Of a DNA stretch of 42,638 bases, positions 24,901 through 28,498 are shown piece after piece (position 1 is the stretch's first letter; every line of letters begins with the position of its first letter). Location of the stretch: assembly GCA_036339735.1 (NCBI GenBank), contig JAYZAL010000094.1, forward strand, positions 1-42,638, in the 5' to 3' direction. Below the pieces are notes generated by a model. The model ran no database searches and was not told the origin of the DNA. It worked only from the letters and a program-made list of their open reading frames with translations. Both the position numbers and the translations under genes were made by a program. Source of the stretch: Candidatus Poribacteria bacterium. GTDB taxonomy: Bacteria; Poribacteria; WGA-4E; UBA9662.

Positions 24901-25976
24901 CGGATAACCTCTTGCCAGTTTGCGGTCTGTTGTTGTCTTTCAAACAAATAGACTGCCGGATACCAGGTTGTACCATTAACTGTAGCATCGAATTCGTTAC
25001 CTACCACGATGGTTGTACCGTCTAAACTTACAACATAGCCAAACTTCTCACCTACCATATCATATGATCGAGTTGGGCGTAGTTCTGCAACTTCGATTAG
25101 TTGATCGAATACATATACCGCTCCTGAGCCACTATATTGGCTGGGAGCACCGACCACGACTAAATTATTTTCAATGGCAACCGATGCACCAAAATTGCTG
25201 TTGGTACCTTTGGCAAGAGTCTGACTAATAGCCCAACCTGATATTTCACTAAGACCTCCACTCATAATCGGATCAGCTATGTAGGCTTCTGCTCCATTAG
25301 GGTTGCCAATTACAACTTGATAATTACTTGAGATGTCGATCTGTAAGCCACTCCAATCTGACTGATTATTGTCGTAGTCAACCGATATGGAGTAATCAGT
25401 GTAAAAGAATTCACTATCAAAAATATAGGCTCTGGCAACAAAGCGCGGTGGATTATCTTCGTTGGTTTCGGGTGGGGGAGGATTGTGTGTCAGCGTCACA
25501 ACAACAGTCTGATCATAGATTGCGACATCAGTACCAAACTGCTGTAATCCTTGAACAGGTGGTGGATACAACGTCTCAATGTGTTCCCAGTCGCCACTAG
25601 TATTATTCTGGATAAAGACAAATGCAAGACCTAAACCACCATTTGCATCAGGGTCTCCTACTACAGCCATATTTCCTGATACATCTACTGAAGCTCCAAA
25701 GTTTGTACTAGCTTCGCCTGAGGGGGCTTGGAGTTCTGTGTTGGTATTAGCAACTTGCCCCCAACTATTGTTCTGTTGTTCGAAAATATAGGCGTAACCA
25801 ACACCGGTTAAGCCTGGCGCTCCAACTATGGCTGTTCCACCATCTATTGCTATGACCTTACCAAACTCACGTGCATAGGATGGCGCCTGTAATTTTTGAA
25901 TTGCTTGGGCTTGAACTGACGGCAGAAACACAGTTTGAAAGAAAAAGAAGTAAATTAGTACGTAGAAAGATCTCAT
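3678..25976 (-). CDS. Giant 7432-aa secreted multidomain surface protein/adhesin (FG-GAP, ASH-like, cadherin-like, PKD, Ig-like, Fn3, dockerin, cohesin-like, FlgD-Ig/T9SS-type C-terminus)
   Basis: Uninterrupted 22.3-kb ORF with Sec signal peptide (MRSFYVLIYFFFFQTVFLPSVQA). Repeat-domain motifs FG..VA, ND.P, WDFGD and D.AGN; C-terminal LGQNYPNPFNPETWIPYQL...YWNGRN..GE.VASGIYFY.L. Confidence 0.93.
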   Translation of the reverse strand: MRSFYVLIYFFFFQTVFLPSVQAQAIQKLQAPSYAREFGKVIAIDGGTAIVGAPGLTGVGYAYIFEQQNNSWGQVANTNTELQAPSGEASTNFGASVDVSGNMAVVGDPDANGGLGLAFVFIQNNTSGDWEHIETLYPPPVQGLQQFGTDVAIYDQTVVVTLTHNPPPPETNEDNPPRFVARAYIFDSEFFYTDYSISVDYDNNQSDWSGLQIDISSNYQVVIGNPNGAEAYIADPIMSGGLSEISGWAISQTLAKGTNSNFGASVAIENNLVVVGAPSQYSGSGAVYVFDQLIEVAELRPTRSYDMVGEKFGYVVSLDGTTIVVGNEFDATVNGTTWYPAVYLFERQQQTANWQEVIRNSGPKNNAFGHAVAVSNGSILVGANKDISDRGSLYIMPSIPIITVTPPLGFGAVNRINFGNILTEPATVVEGVIIKHNYTSSLNLRVTSTNLQGTGGITFDPPNTLFSNLNPSVEKNLNLTLNPAVGGKYLVEAYTDFGDALFKITTLVPIDATISPPEPDIWLDLDTISLGNIILGQSKQISLRIENRGTGRLDISDISFQGLVNLDPIDSLDPIQLMIGENTEILLDFIVSVDPESSGAISGQLIILSNDTDQPNTQLAITGMAQTAPQIAIDTTGINLGNVPVSAPDTDNALTLQQTLTIKNTGQATLHVSRIELHNLNNQLNLDEVSSFMVPDQSGGAQPGPGEYSLPLNFTPQVRGEFSGQLKIFSGNSPGADTSETTITISGTGVAPLIGITPSTTNSEPINLGIVGVDLERRFQVSIQNNGDIDLDLASFELDSTSLIDNGQSINSDQIDQTLGLDSILANQSIVVPSSTITINIILTPKKVGDFSGRIALKSNAYNGDQWIYFSVKARDQFIKINEDQSYIDFELEDFQAFYQGTDIPEVFESIKIKTLSEQGNLKLEDTVIQTDDIVLVNKIEQLVFQPNPNFFGTAIFEYVVNNQEQTNPFLIIVESINDAPSLLTETNLVAKEDIPFPIFAANTYLQDYAYSDVEGDGWFNLKLFSVPEVGRLELNGTELTVDSPLSADQLGDLVYISANNWNSNNSSVGETVSFKFIVNDNSINGQNEDGSSSNPFSTPATVNISVVPVNDAPTIQGSSVSTNEDLAYTFNIAAFNIGYQDQEGDGLANVKIEDLPQNATLNLLQPDSSIQVVAANQVIASTQIDQLQLTPDNNWYGSTSFSFSVNDDSINGQNEDGSSFNPFSTPATVNISVVPVNDAPTIQDSSVSTNEDLAYTFDIAAFNTDYQDQEGDKLANVRIESLPQNATLNLLQPDSSIQMVVINQIMASTQIDQLQLTPDNNWHGSTSFSFSVNDDSINGQNEDGSSFNPFSTPATVNVSVVPVNDAPLFDLSTTVLTIDEDFTEIQTITLTPKVVPTDEMGQIVNYVLTPTSIDLATIVFDQTQLEITISAISNRNGSQLLTITATETQPDGSGLVNNTAQQMVMLTVNPVNDPPTVQGETVTTQEDEIYSFQQNNFKNNYQDTEQKALANVKITSLPTVESGQLKLSNGQDQWTDVSVADVIPIEDISQLAFEPVVNWNGTVTFLFSVNDTEGGSDFYSQPAVLTMVVDPVNDPPTVSDHNIEILEDQSYQFTALDFQQSYFDIEDDSFAELEIISKPTTTIVEDNEIGGEIYFNDISTNLTTFTKDQISNLRFQPAEHWFGSIDLTFRIRDDGTTSHTKGNIQTLNFNVVAQNDPPIFSLNTDTIIVDEDFETAEYVSISQKLRPYQEDNQSVTYQLEPPTTEIANIAFNSGSGEVGITAQNNQFGSQIFTITATETENDNPNLEDSIASQTFTLTIRPKNDLPMASGFEKTISEDQALLFTASDFTNRVTDVEQDPLTYLRINQVPPNNVVELDKEDGTGQLELVAILENPVIISQSNNNTVIAISEVDQLRFVPSPNWYGSTSFRFSVSDVDSLNLSVEDWSNEAEVTITVNRTNDPPTFSFEATGLVPPNDINGEPASLTVDEDFINPQTISIVPTSVPKDELSGSAVQYTIFPASVDFADISFDSGSGEINVSALSNQFGNQELIVTATEPDQIENKTATVSIMLTVSPINDPPTISSYTANIFEDQVLEFDLSFFSLDYADIEGDTISNVQFLSMPEDGSLQLNGIEITTDQIVSRDSINQLNYVPNPTWSGIDSFDFRIDDDGIATNSYSESQIITINVAPINNAPMVESFSITIDEDESYDFKPSDFSNIYQDEEDNQLAHVKIETLPNQGQLYIGSVLLTENQISTDENTIPLVNINQLNFLPPTNWNRMASQSQLSFTFSVNDDGDVPNPYSQPKTITMIVDQVNDPPKFTLGLDLIEIDEDFEGPQVIELITAPIPDDETEQIVNYRLFPSVIDFAELSIDEVTGTITIVAQQNLNGDESIDIIATEYQMNEENELTELEENSSFEATFTLIINPINDPPAVEKIEIEVYEDEIYSFDNVEFEYDDVETDELSTIKVLTLPENGQLVFDGIELQLIEENVETVIEVDQLDLLTFQPAPNWFGETNFLICVNDDGQTISGLDINGEETDVTPYGEAISVIVGVRALNDPPTISEPTIQTEENLTYTFKTEDLQNSYTDPEGDQLAYLRIETLPENGQLILEGFSVDSGQVIAVGQINLLQFVPAEDWFGTTEFSCSLSDDGDVLEGESYAIFGQPVPVLIAVSEDDNQSPELTGLLMSPVKEGEIVSFNLVEFIDPDPRDGEIRLANINWGDETEDIEVEVVLDDPQTGQVIFPHTFKNEGLYSVQVTVLDGRGGIGTEIIEIEVEDQAPTFVVDQTEINGQEGIPVDLADFQVYLSDLGIEDSHNITIDWGEEEGTPVIVENAGSADESQPAFLTLGHTYSDSGTYTVTLVATDTNLENSQGKVELTAKIDNLAPVIGEISISPDTIMEGEEVTLSVEASDVEKDQLVLKYAWDFGDQGAVADPISEPSTLHVFSDSGTFSVKLIVSDDDDGTSEQIISLEVGNLPPEITQLPESIEVEEGTPLNLLPVIVDAGQDDTHTLSWDFGDESSIVESDKSNYAYQKEGQYTLTLTVVDDDGGESSQTVEVTVIDVPIKILDIKRPQKIDEGIEVEFDLELEHPTNDFSGLNYVWDFGDGNVINQETGSTAVKYTYTDNGEFEILVKIENEVGQQVEQAVQVEVNNLSPEITDLVVPTESKEGQELDFFATAIDPAGDKDVLTFAWDFGDGSETVVGDKVTYAFGDNGTFEVVLTVTDDDGATITEKSIVIVENVVPQITEFAQQSEVDEGVQIGFSVLVNEPGREDEITYVWDFGDGSEPQTIIGSNISDVTHIYNDNGEFELKLSISDDDGGKDEKSKQIVVKNVAPFVKTPPTGKTVKEGDQITFFAEVIDSMADLATLTYVWDFGDATENKETPHVIGEPVSVEHVYAQNGEFSVTLKVMDKDGAEVEKTAKVVVQNVEPIIISAPESTTGNEGEVLSFSAMAEDFGQLTYTWDFGDGSELVSNVNLTEVTHTYLDNGKYKLTLSISDVNQSTVTRTVDVTINNLPPEIQIAPEDMTINEGESIQANIKAIDPAGDVDPVVYNWDFGDRGKGIQNQEEVEYFFKKRGSYTAKVTAQDDDGGVSTHQFTVEVLNLPPQIQTLVADKEQINEGESIKITAQVTDLGRLLYQWDFGDNSTIISGANLNEVEHVFAADGAYTVTLTVTDTDEAANKQQINIEVNNLAPKAIINTEYVVKEGEEFILDASQSTDPGQDELLFTWDLDGDGQTDAEGSQLVFDAAEIGLYDILLTVSEKKDSNSKDQTQIKVEVLNVLPEVNAGGPYAGELGEEVLIDGATARDPSDPTGETFTYAWDLDDDGTFETKERQPAFFSDLPGSFTIHLQVQEKVGEPIIASTIVAIQRSGNLEPVAKDDQAEINEDEPVTIAVLVNDSDPDALDITQGGLTVISTRLVEDGHGYTEINPDGSITYTPGQDADTVDAFTYTISDPNGGLASATVTITINPINDDPLAQDDSFSLDEDTILDFTTLDLVENDIDPDTPAEALVLESVSSRSARGLRIADNGNGTFTYQPKENFFGQDSFSYIITDGQGGSSGATVSLTIQPINDPPIPMADLAELPEDTQGYPIDVLINDTDADGDELLVLSVSETKNGQIDLDTMTYIPNADFSGKDQFTYTVSDGKGQTAEGEVTIKVTAVNDLPVAVKKSLVTDEDTSIEFTLEGQDADQDDLLYEIFKEPLNGKLEGDIIDLPFANGEHPTFVYRPNDNYYGEDYFSFRVSDNSSFSLVSKVSLTINSVYDPPQFVTTPDEVSGQYKTGQPIETLIRVINFEEEELSYTTTGLPSTVVNHLRPVLGGVVFKWLPTYAQVGTYDVTLKTGESELEFSMEIVPVNRTPKLDPIDNIVENDDRPSISVPLQAYDPDPESELKFKVSRLGASGDKPTVSTPTLKPDVEKGGTSATATLIWEPDMSKDGGKVTEFILTVSDEKGLQAKHQFSIGLGEVNTAPTITLEQTVYNVRESIRSALQGSQNRLLGNSTPSSDDTVSIQLKAQDAEQDKLRFEADSLPEGAILGKDTGLFTWVPDTKAGDGPGGAKIWTLLFRVIEERKDKREPLYDEISVRIRVKDRNILPVMLAESAGKLNTIDQIPDQVAKEGQKLVVPLQALDYDGDNITFILSGMPLGAKLINLSPGRAKFEWTPPFDAAGRDPIQVLVKALDAKGAVTTREQSKFPNSIPFSITVENTNQPPKLISELVDQSIDEGKALQFPLVFTDPDLAENPEETIRLTLENIPDEQEGLGVAQVIDNGDGTGAFSWQMTFESSIPEGYQPVIVATDSQGARTEISFQIIVKDVNRPPQFGLIEIPPRIIEGDEIVIPLRAKDLDNPDEPLRFATRIKAGELEDQYQVAGADLLIFTKIGDAGAYTAKLSVFDSQQAKSETLIDLVIRPRNLPPVIENLPPVINVVEGESISLDVRFGDPNQDKLKSDYRIEPKISNSQFENSLFEWVTKVGSTGQYKLTFSVSEIETTEKFKSIATTQIIVAERGEINISNAQVESNRGLVEIGFDLEVGKGGRADVDLAVEVEGKFLVLDSLKQLPTTNRVSYEWNSQDSQNGIPVLGLTRRPYYRFRLTATDGKVSSSSVIVGPVLIDNQPPKLHLPEGQPAITEASTGSVALVNVMALDNDQIDQLRAVFVDRSESAKLVEKPNVFQAQVVVPPSPIDLMREVGITNITLAMLAEGIDYPYRFEATDSAGNTTLFPAQTEKPLILRLKDTLPPTAEITPKSMIVSQGTEITLNGRDSSDNSQRVVEYMWDLDDHDGINFDEHGMAGKVITFVATKSVLASLRVKDPAGNVGTQSIPITVIDKNPPEPPKFRPLKPAIISERQATIHGLTEPRAEVEILVQGSTSLTQLIAADAEGNFSLLLEDLEDSTYKIGGTATDTAGNTSLQAQPITLIVDTVPPQIKIVFDVQPVIGQSNRLQAASEIANVRPQIPIEITDRGGLAFVDLFLLEGYAEVSLDGGKRRSGRGGYNLTEKVIPLRDLVDGATYQIKVVALDLAQQRTETKMEFRINRNAPDRTAPQVVFTSPGIEGMFTGNANLPIKINLSDAESGLDLNLENIELTLTKSADSQIVPVQDFSLDSSDSKSASLMTFPLDPLLTGQYVVSINVRDQNQNIKQMERSFQVLGLPPTPTIPQLNRLQEDDPVSVATGTFDQFIQTPTTTIEGQLDINFMPGGGSVEFFVNGNVVATAPVDALTGNYIGKVPLIEGRNEIVLVAVNAIRKKSNPSEPTHLVLDTQAPIFEALEPTDGLVLKQINEIRAIIKDSTVISSAISGVDLSSLQVALNDTQLPANDAKTPEIDGWQYDILSGQLIVPITTPLADQSSHAIKIQLADRLGNMATETSVFMIETDLDDITKPVISGVSPAEGTTVNGEELASPEFALRGSAYDIDSGLAEVQIRLDGQTIDSKVFAYRNQQNFEDPGKIEFRPDTISDGDHLLTIYALDKAGNERLVHSRFTVDGGTVTPVIDPLPQYLSKRRVLLTGMAEPLAKIQILVNQKPAGTVFADAEGKFSQAGLALDEGTNIISAIASDEGNNVSPPSESLSILADIRQPLVGNPEPKPGTNLSQSIFTIEADLGDNPGGSGIDLSSIQLILDGNKNLYEFDYDLEKQRISYTPAINSTELTEFDEGAHTFRVVVSDLAGNTTTFNSGKFWVNFAPPIISQNLPQDGDVLSNGEIEITILSEDKDLADPAFSLRLVTAEDETIPIDQEYEPQKGRLRVQPQNPLEDGEYAYYVTAIDLAGNQSQKTVNFKIDSQVADDSPPTIMPQFPRPGQEVSSTNFMAMEFQVVDSDSQVGFEEMSVEINGVVYNELFGPGSANRFNRNTGDVILYARLQLELGGLEDPLELGGLEDPLELGGLEDPLELGGLEDPLELGGLEDPLELGGLEDPLELGALEDPMDLGALERPLELATGLNAVSITVPDMTGNFSQFTMSFDVTLESPTAPEIMAEPPPPPLPPGIEPRFKSFYIGQVGIMPNTVRAGEAFDISFNANQNVVAALLDLSYLDSTLPSDDIGLGQDPPPWANDDKKKEVWEQIRTIPEERSDLEIDLFKFVWLKLETISPKPYAVPAEAERYMAISEVAESSESTSGDKTIRLFVVTEDTDSGQLWVDYRQIFVGFENPSLSGGKSTNRQRRGRQASRLFTNRMVDNSSNQDDQTASGEFEFEAYFIEINEKNGKVYTNTPEVPLVGQMTDNAGGRQAEVEIFVNDNTMGMASVSPNGVFTLPRILLDDGTNKVTAFSRSESQLQSPVSPPIVYFLDQEAPKVEFVELPTHASLSSQKINILYQDNSKTTAQSITLVLNDVPVAIDTSSSESELTIDLMDGINNLGLSAIDLAGNVSEVVETTLVLSTSPPQTAPTDLKGGLGFSGSELVIRWVADPNALSYNVYRSESQIFDATFLAPLQPKLSRTTFTDVNVDLGTTYFYALTSISPSGLPGAVTSENVNVTIIAASKGGTAALADGTRFSAKRRAISRDATLFTAVSLLSVPDDELPMLPGAIENTGRRFRAISQSGDVFSNKFSKSATVAIPYPQELSPADLSLFRLVEGQKWEQITNAKIDEQKQTFIFNTKYFETYRLSGSVGRPWDINADSRVDIQDLVTVANNFSQVGPNLMGDVNADEIVNIQDLVTVAIHFGEVYEDQPSSAPQQVSIESAHVKIGLQAGISNSVESSSSRILELTVNSTKIDDNCQIVGYQFGIEYDPYLLTVVAVDRSGDQKLDRVKPLLEVGKIKNVTGLRIDNQTSNSTEMELAKISFRLKGNTVEAVSSIRVKNLALADTNSELIPTHIETNVNYSENTPSPMVFELGQNYPNPFNPETWIPYQLAADAEIEIEIYNTTGVLIRSLKIGFKPAGEYASMDQAAYWNGRNQYGEQVASGIYFYRLKANLSSQNEQPNPIWQASRKMIILK
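4070..4380 (-). other. Cohesin-like domain of the giant protein
   Basis: LELTVN...IVGYQFGIEYDPYLLTVVAV...ELAKISFRLKG...LALAD matches the cohesin pattern (g.qf.l.YDp..L...; La.i.F). Confidence 0.65.
4494..4652 (-). other. Dockerin (type I-like) domain of the giant protein
   Basis: Duplicated Ca-binding segments WDINADSRVDIQDLVTVANNF and GDVNADEIVNIQDLVTVAIHFG. Confidence 0.85.
6670..6896. repeat. 27-bp coding tandem repeat, six near-identical plus two degenerate copies, encoding (LELGGLEDP)n
   Basis: Unit cccagttccagtggatcttccaaccca at 6724, 6751, 6778, 6805, 6832 and 6859; degenerate units at 6697 and 6670; partial unit at 6886. Confidence 0.97.
14360..17932 (-). repeat. Array of 13 tandem PKD domains within the giant protein
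   Basis: Nine WDFGD motifs, two WG(D/E)E variants and two WDLD.DG variants at regular domain spacing, each followed by G.Y/F.V.LTV.D-like strands. Confidence 0.88.
17933..23350 (-). repeat. Array of about 15 cadherin-like (tandem-95 type) domains within the giant protein
   Basis: Recurrent linkers VNDAP/VNDPP/INDPP followed by ED, D.EGD and P..NW.G...F.F.VND motifs. Confidence 0.85.
21874..22743. repeat. Direct tandem duplication with a 381-bp period (about 2.3 copies of one 127-aa cadherin-like domain)
   Basis: gtgctaaatggatt recurs at 21919, 22300 and 22681, and the intervening DNA is highly similar between copies. Confidence 0.95.
23351..24780 (-). other. About four ASH / choice-of-anchor-D-like Ig domains within the giant protein
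   Basis: Motifs INFGN, ISLGN...IENRGTGRL.I, INLGN...IKNTGQATL.V, INLG...IQNNGDIDL, with F.P...G.FSG.L.I.SN. Confidence 0.7.
24781..25905 (-). other. FG-GAP-type beta-propeller at the N-terminus of the giant protein
   Basis: Repeats FGKVIAIDG.TAIVGAP, FGASVDVSG.MAVVGDP, FGTDVAI, FGASVAIE..LVVVGAP...GAVYVF, FGYVVSLDG, FGHAVAVS...ILVGA. Confidence 0.85.
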
Positions 25977-26198
25977 TCACTTACACATAGTTGGCAGATG
26001 GTTATTAAAGAATAAGGCACTAATAAAAACGGTAAAATCCAATGGGTACTAAACTGGTGATAATGTTAGTTAAAGGGAAAGCGTTTTGCGATCAAGAGTT
26101 GGTAGATACCGTTTGGTTTCTACGCAGGCATCAATAAGTTGAAGATAGTCAATAAAGCTTCGATACACCTTCAACCAGACCGAGCAAAATGTATGCCT

Positions 26199-26228
26199 AA
26201 GCTAACACACCCTAACTAGGGGTGTCAA
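26199..26228 (-). promoter_or_regulatory. Predicted sigma70 promoter for the giant gene
   Basis: Minus strand TTGACA (26228-26223), 18-nt spacer, TGt-TAGCTT (26204-26199), with an A-tract upstream of the -35. Confidence 0.5.
26211..26220. promoter_or_regulatory. Palindromic candidate operator CCTAACTAGG (copy 1)
   Basis: Core of the imperfect inverted repeat acaccctaactaggggtgt, lying in the spacer of the leftward promoter. Confidence 0.45.
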
Positions 26229-26315
26229 CTTTTTTGGACGGTTTACTATGTCTAATGTACCCCAAACACACCCCTGTAGTTACCTGACACTAAAACAGAA
26301 TCATGTGCAAGTTTA

Positions 26316-26332
26316 GTGCCTAATTAGGGCAC
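26316..26332. promoter_or_regulatory. Palindromic candidate operator gtgCCTAATTAGGgcac (copy 2)
   Basis: Perfect 10-bp palindrome at 26319-26328; 9/10 identical to copy 1. Confidence 0.45.
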
Positions 26333-26351
26333 CAACCTTTGGCTGATAAAT

Positions 26352-26379
26352 TTGACAACCTATCTCTGCATGATATAAT
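26352..26379 (+). promoter_or_regulatory. Consensus sigma70 promoter for the phyH-dgoD-kinase operon
   Basis: TTGACA (26352-26357), 16-nt spacer, TATAAT (26374-26379) with an extended -10 TG. Confidence 0.75.
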
Positions 26380-26415
26380 CAAGCCCGTATTCGGTTGCAA
26401 ATTTCGGATAGAAAT

Positions 26416-27276
26416 ATGTTGAATTTCCACCACATTGAACACCAAATTACTGAAGCTGAACTCGATCAATTTGAACGCCACGGTTATTTAATTGTTGAAG
26501 GCGCTTTGCCCGTTGAGTTAGTTGAACAACTGGCAAGTAAAGTTGATGCCATTCATCAATTTCACCTAGATCGTGCATACGATCCCTATACCGAATCTAC
26601 TTTGACTGAGCATCATAATTTTTTTTACCCCAATTTTCTTAAAGATGACCCTCTCTTCACTGACTTGCTAGATTGGCCGAAGACGTTCCCTAAAGTATGG
26701 GGTATTTTGGGGTGGAATATTTACTCATACCATTCTCATTTCATTGTTACACCACCTCGTCCGTCTGATGTTGACCGAATCCCTCGACCACTTGGTTGGC
26801 ACCAAGATAGTGGTCGAGTCAACTTAGAAATAGAGTCAACCCCCCGACCGCGCCTATCTTTGAAAATTGCTTACTGGCTATCGGACTGCTCCAAGTCAGG
26901 TCGTGGTAATTTTTATATACTGCCTGATAGCCATCTAAAGAACAACATTGAAAAACCAACCGATGGTACTCTTCCGAAAGGTGCAATGTGTATTCTGGCT
27001 AAACCCGGCGATGCGGTTTTTTTTGATCGGCGCTTATGGCATGCTCGCTCTGAAAACGATTCGTCAATCACTCGTAAGGCACTGTTTTATGGATATGGTT
27101 ATCGTTGGCTGCGCTCCAAAGACGATATGACTATTCCTGACAGTCTATTCAAAACTAGTCATCCGATTCGTCAACAACTTTTGGGTGGTGGAACTAACGC
27201 GAATGGCTACTTTTCGCCTAAAGATGCTGATGTCCCACTCAAGGTTTGGTTAGAGCAGCAAAATCTAATCAGTTGA
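26416..27276 (+). CDS. Phytanoyl-CoA dioxygenase (PhyH) family Fe(II)/2-oxoglutarate dioxygenase
   Basis: QFERHGYLIVEGAL, WHQDSG (HxD), ILPDSH, KPGDAVFFDRRLWHA. ATG 26416 preferred over TTG 26395, which lies too close to the predicted transcription start. Confidence 0.88.
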   Translation: MLNFHHIEHQITEAELDQFERHGYLIVEGALPVELVEQLASKVDAIHQFHLDRAYDPYTESTLTEHHNFFYPNFLKDDPLFTDLLDWPKTFPKVWGILGWNIYSYHSHFIVTPPRPSDVDRIPRPLGWHQDSGRVNLEIESTPRPRLSLKIAYWLSDCSKSGRGNFYILPDSHLKNNIEKPTDGTLPKGAMCILAKPGDAVFFDRRLWHARSENDSSITRKALFYGYGYRWLRSKDDMTIPDSLFKTSHPIRQQLLGGGTNANGYFSPKDADVPLKVWLEQQNLIS

Positions 27277-27285
27277 AAATTTATT

Positions 27286-28467
27286 ATGAAGATAGCCAAA
27301 ATTGAGCAATTTTTCCCTCGTCGTCGGATGAGGCTGGTGAAAATTACGACTGATAATGGTTTAGTCGGTTGGGGGGAAACCACTCTAGAAGGAAAGCCAA
27401 TGAGTACTATCGCTGCGGTAAACGAGTTGGCAGAATATCTAACTGGTAAAGACCCATTACGCATTGAACATCACTGGCAGCATATTTACCGGTCAGCTTT
27501 TTTTCGCGGTGGAAACGTTTTAATGTCGGCCTTAGCTGGAATTGACCAAGCTCTTTGGGATATCTCCGGCAAGTATTATCAAGTTCCAACTTACAAACTG
27601 TTGGGCGGTGCAGTTAGAGACCGAATTCGCGTTTATGCGCATTGGGGCATCGGAAGCAGAGATGAAAAAAGTTTAGAACAAGCCAAAATTAGATTGGAAT
27701 GGTTACAGAAAAGTGGTTATACGGCTTTCAAGAGCGGGCCTAGTGGCAAATGGCGTGCTCATGAACCACCTGCGGTCGTCGATGATTTTGTAGCTTGTGC
27801 CAATCTGATGAGAGAATGGGTTGGCGATGAAATAGAAATCGGCTTCGATTTTCATGGTAAAATGACCCCATCTCTGGCTATTGAAGTTTGCCATCAACTA
27901 CAACCAATGAGACCAATGTTCGTTGAAGAACCTGTACCTCAAGAAAATGTGGATGCCCTTAAACAAGTTTCGGACCACGTTATTGTCCCTGTTGCGACTG
28001 GGGAACGGCTTTTGTCCCGCTGGGAGTTTCGTAAAGTCTTCGAAACTCAAGCAGTCGCCTATATACAACCAGATGTCTCACACGCAGGTGGTATCAGCGA
28101 AGTCAAAAAAATTGCTAATATGGCCGAAATTTACTACGTACATATTATGCCTCACTGTGCTATTGGTCCAGTTGCGTTTTCAGCCTGTTTACAAGTTGAT
28201 GCTGTAGTACCAAATTTCTTGATACAAGAACAAATCGATGCCGGGTTAGGTAATGATTTGTTCGAAACTTCTTGGAAAGTTGAAAACGGCTACATCGAAT
28301 TACCTACTGGGGATGGATTAGGCTTCGAAGTAGACGAAAAACTTATCAGACAGGATGATCGAATTACACAAGATAAGATGAATCTACTTGGATACGGCTT
28401 AATTTCCAGCAATGAAGAATTGGGTGGGGAATTTTATCACCTTGATGGAAGTGTAGCTGACTGGTAG
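27286..28467 (+). CDS. dgoD: Galactonate dehydratase-like enzyme (mandelate racemase/enolase superfamily)
   Basis: LVKITTD.GLVGWGE, GIDQALWDI.GK, DFHGK, FVEEP, ATGER, QPD, PHC, and C-terminal DGSVADW typical of DgoD. Confidence 0.8.
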   Translation: MKIAKIEQFFPRRRMRLVKITTDNGLVGWGETTLEGKPMSTIAAVNELAEYLTGKDPLRIEHHWQHIYRSAFFRGGNVLMSALAGIDQALWDISGKYYQVPTYKLLGGAVRDRIRVYAHWGIGSRDEKSLEQAKIRLEWLQKSGYTAFKSGPSGKWRAHEPPAVVDDFVACANLMREWVGDEIEIGFDFHGKMTPSLAIEVCHQLQPMRPMFVEEPVPQENVDALKQVSDHVIVPVATGERLLSRWEFRKVFETQAVAYIQPDVSHAGGISEVKKIANMAEIYYVHIMPHCAIGPVAFSACLQVDAVVPNFLIQEQIDAGLGNDLFETSWKVENGYIELPTGDGLGFEVDEKLIRQDDRITQDKMNLLGYGLISSNEELGGEFYHLDGSVADW

Positions 28468-28498
28468 TCTAGTTAGAAACAGGTAGGTGTGGTGAAAG

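Noticed and set aside
4823-25791. Numerous short antisense or overlapping ORFs inside the giant gene
   Set aside because: Typical shadow ORFs rich in Ser/Ile/Val, with no recognisable motifs.
25977-26195. Riboswitch or leader peptide in the roughly 220-nt leader of the giant gene
   Set aside because: A cgcaaaac word is present but I cannot build the c-di-GMP-I structure; the upstream mini-ORF (MCK-stop) lacks an RBS. An Rfam scan would settle it.
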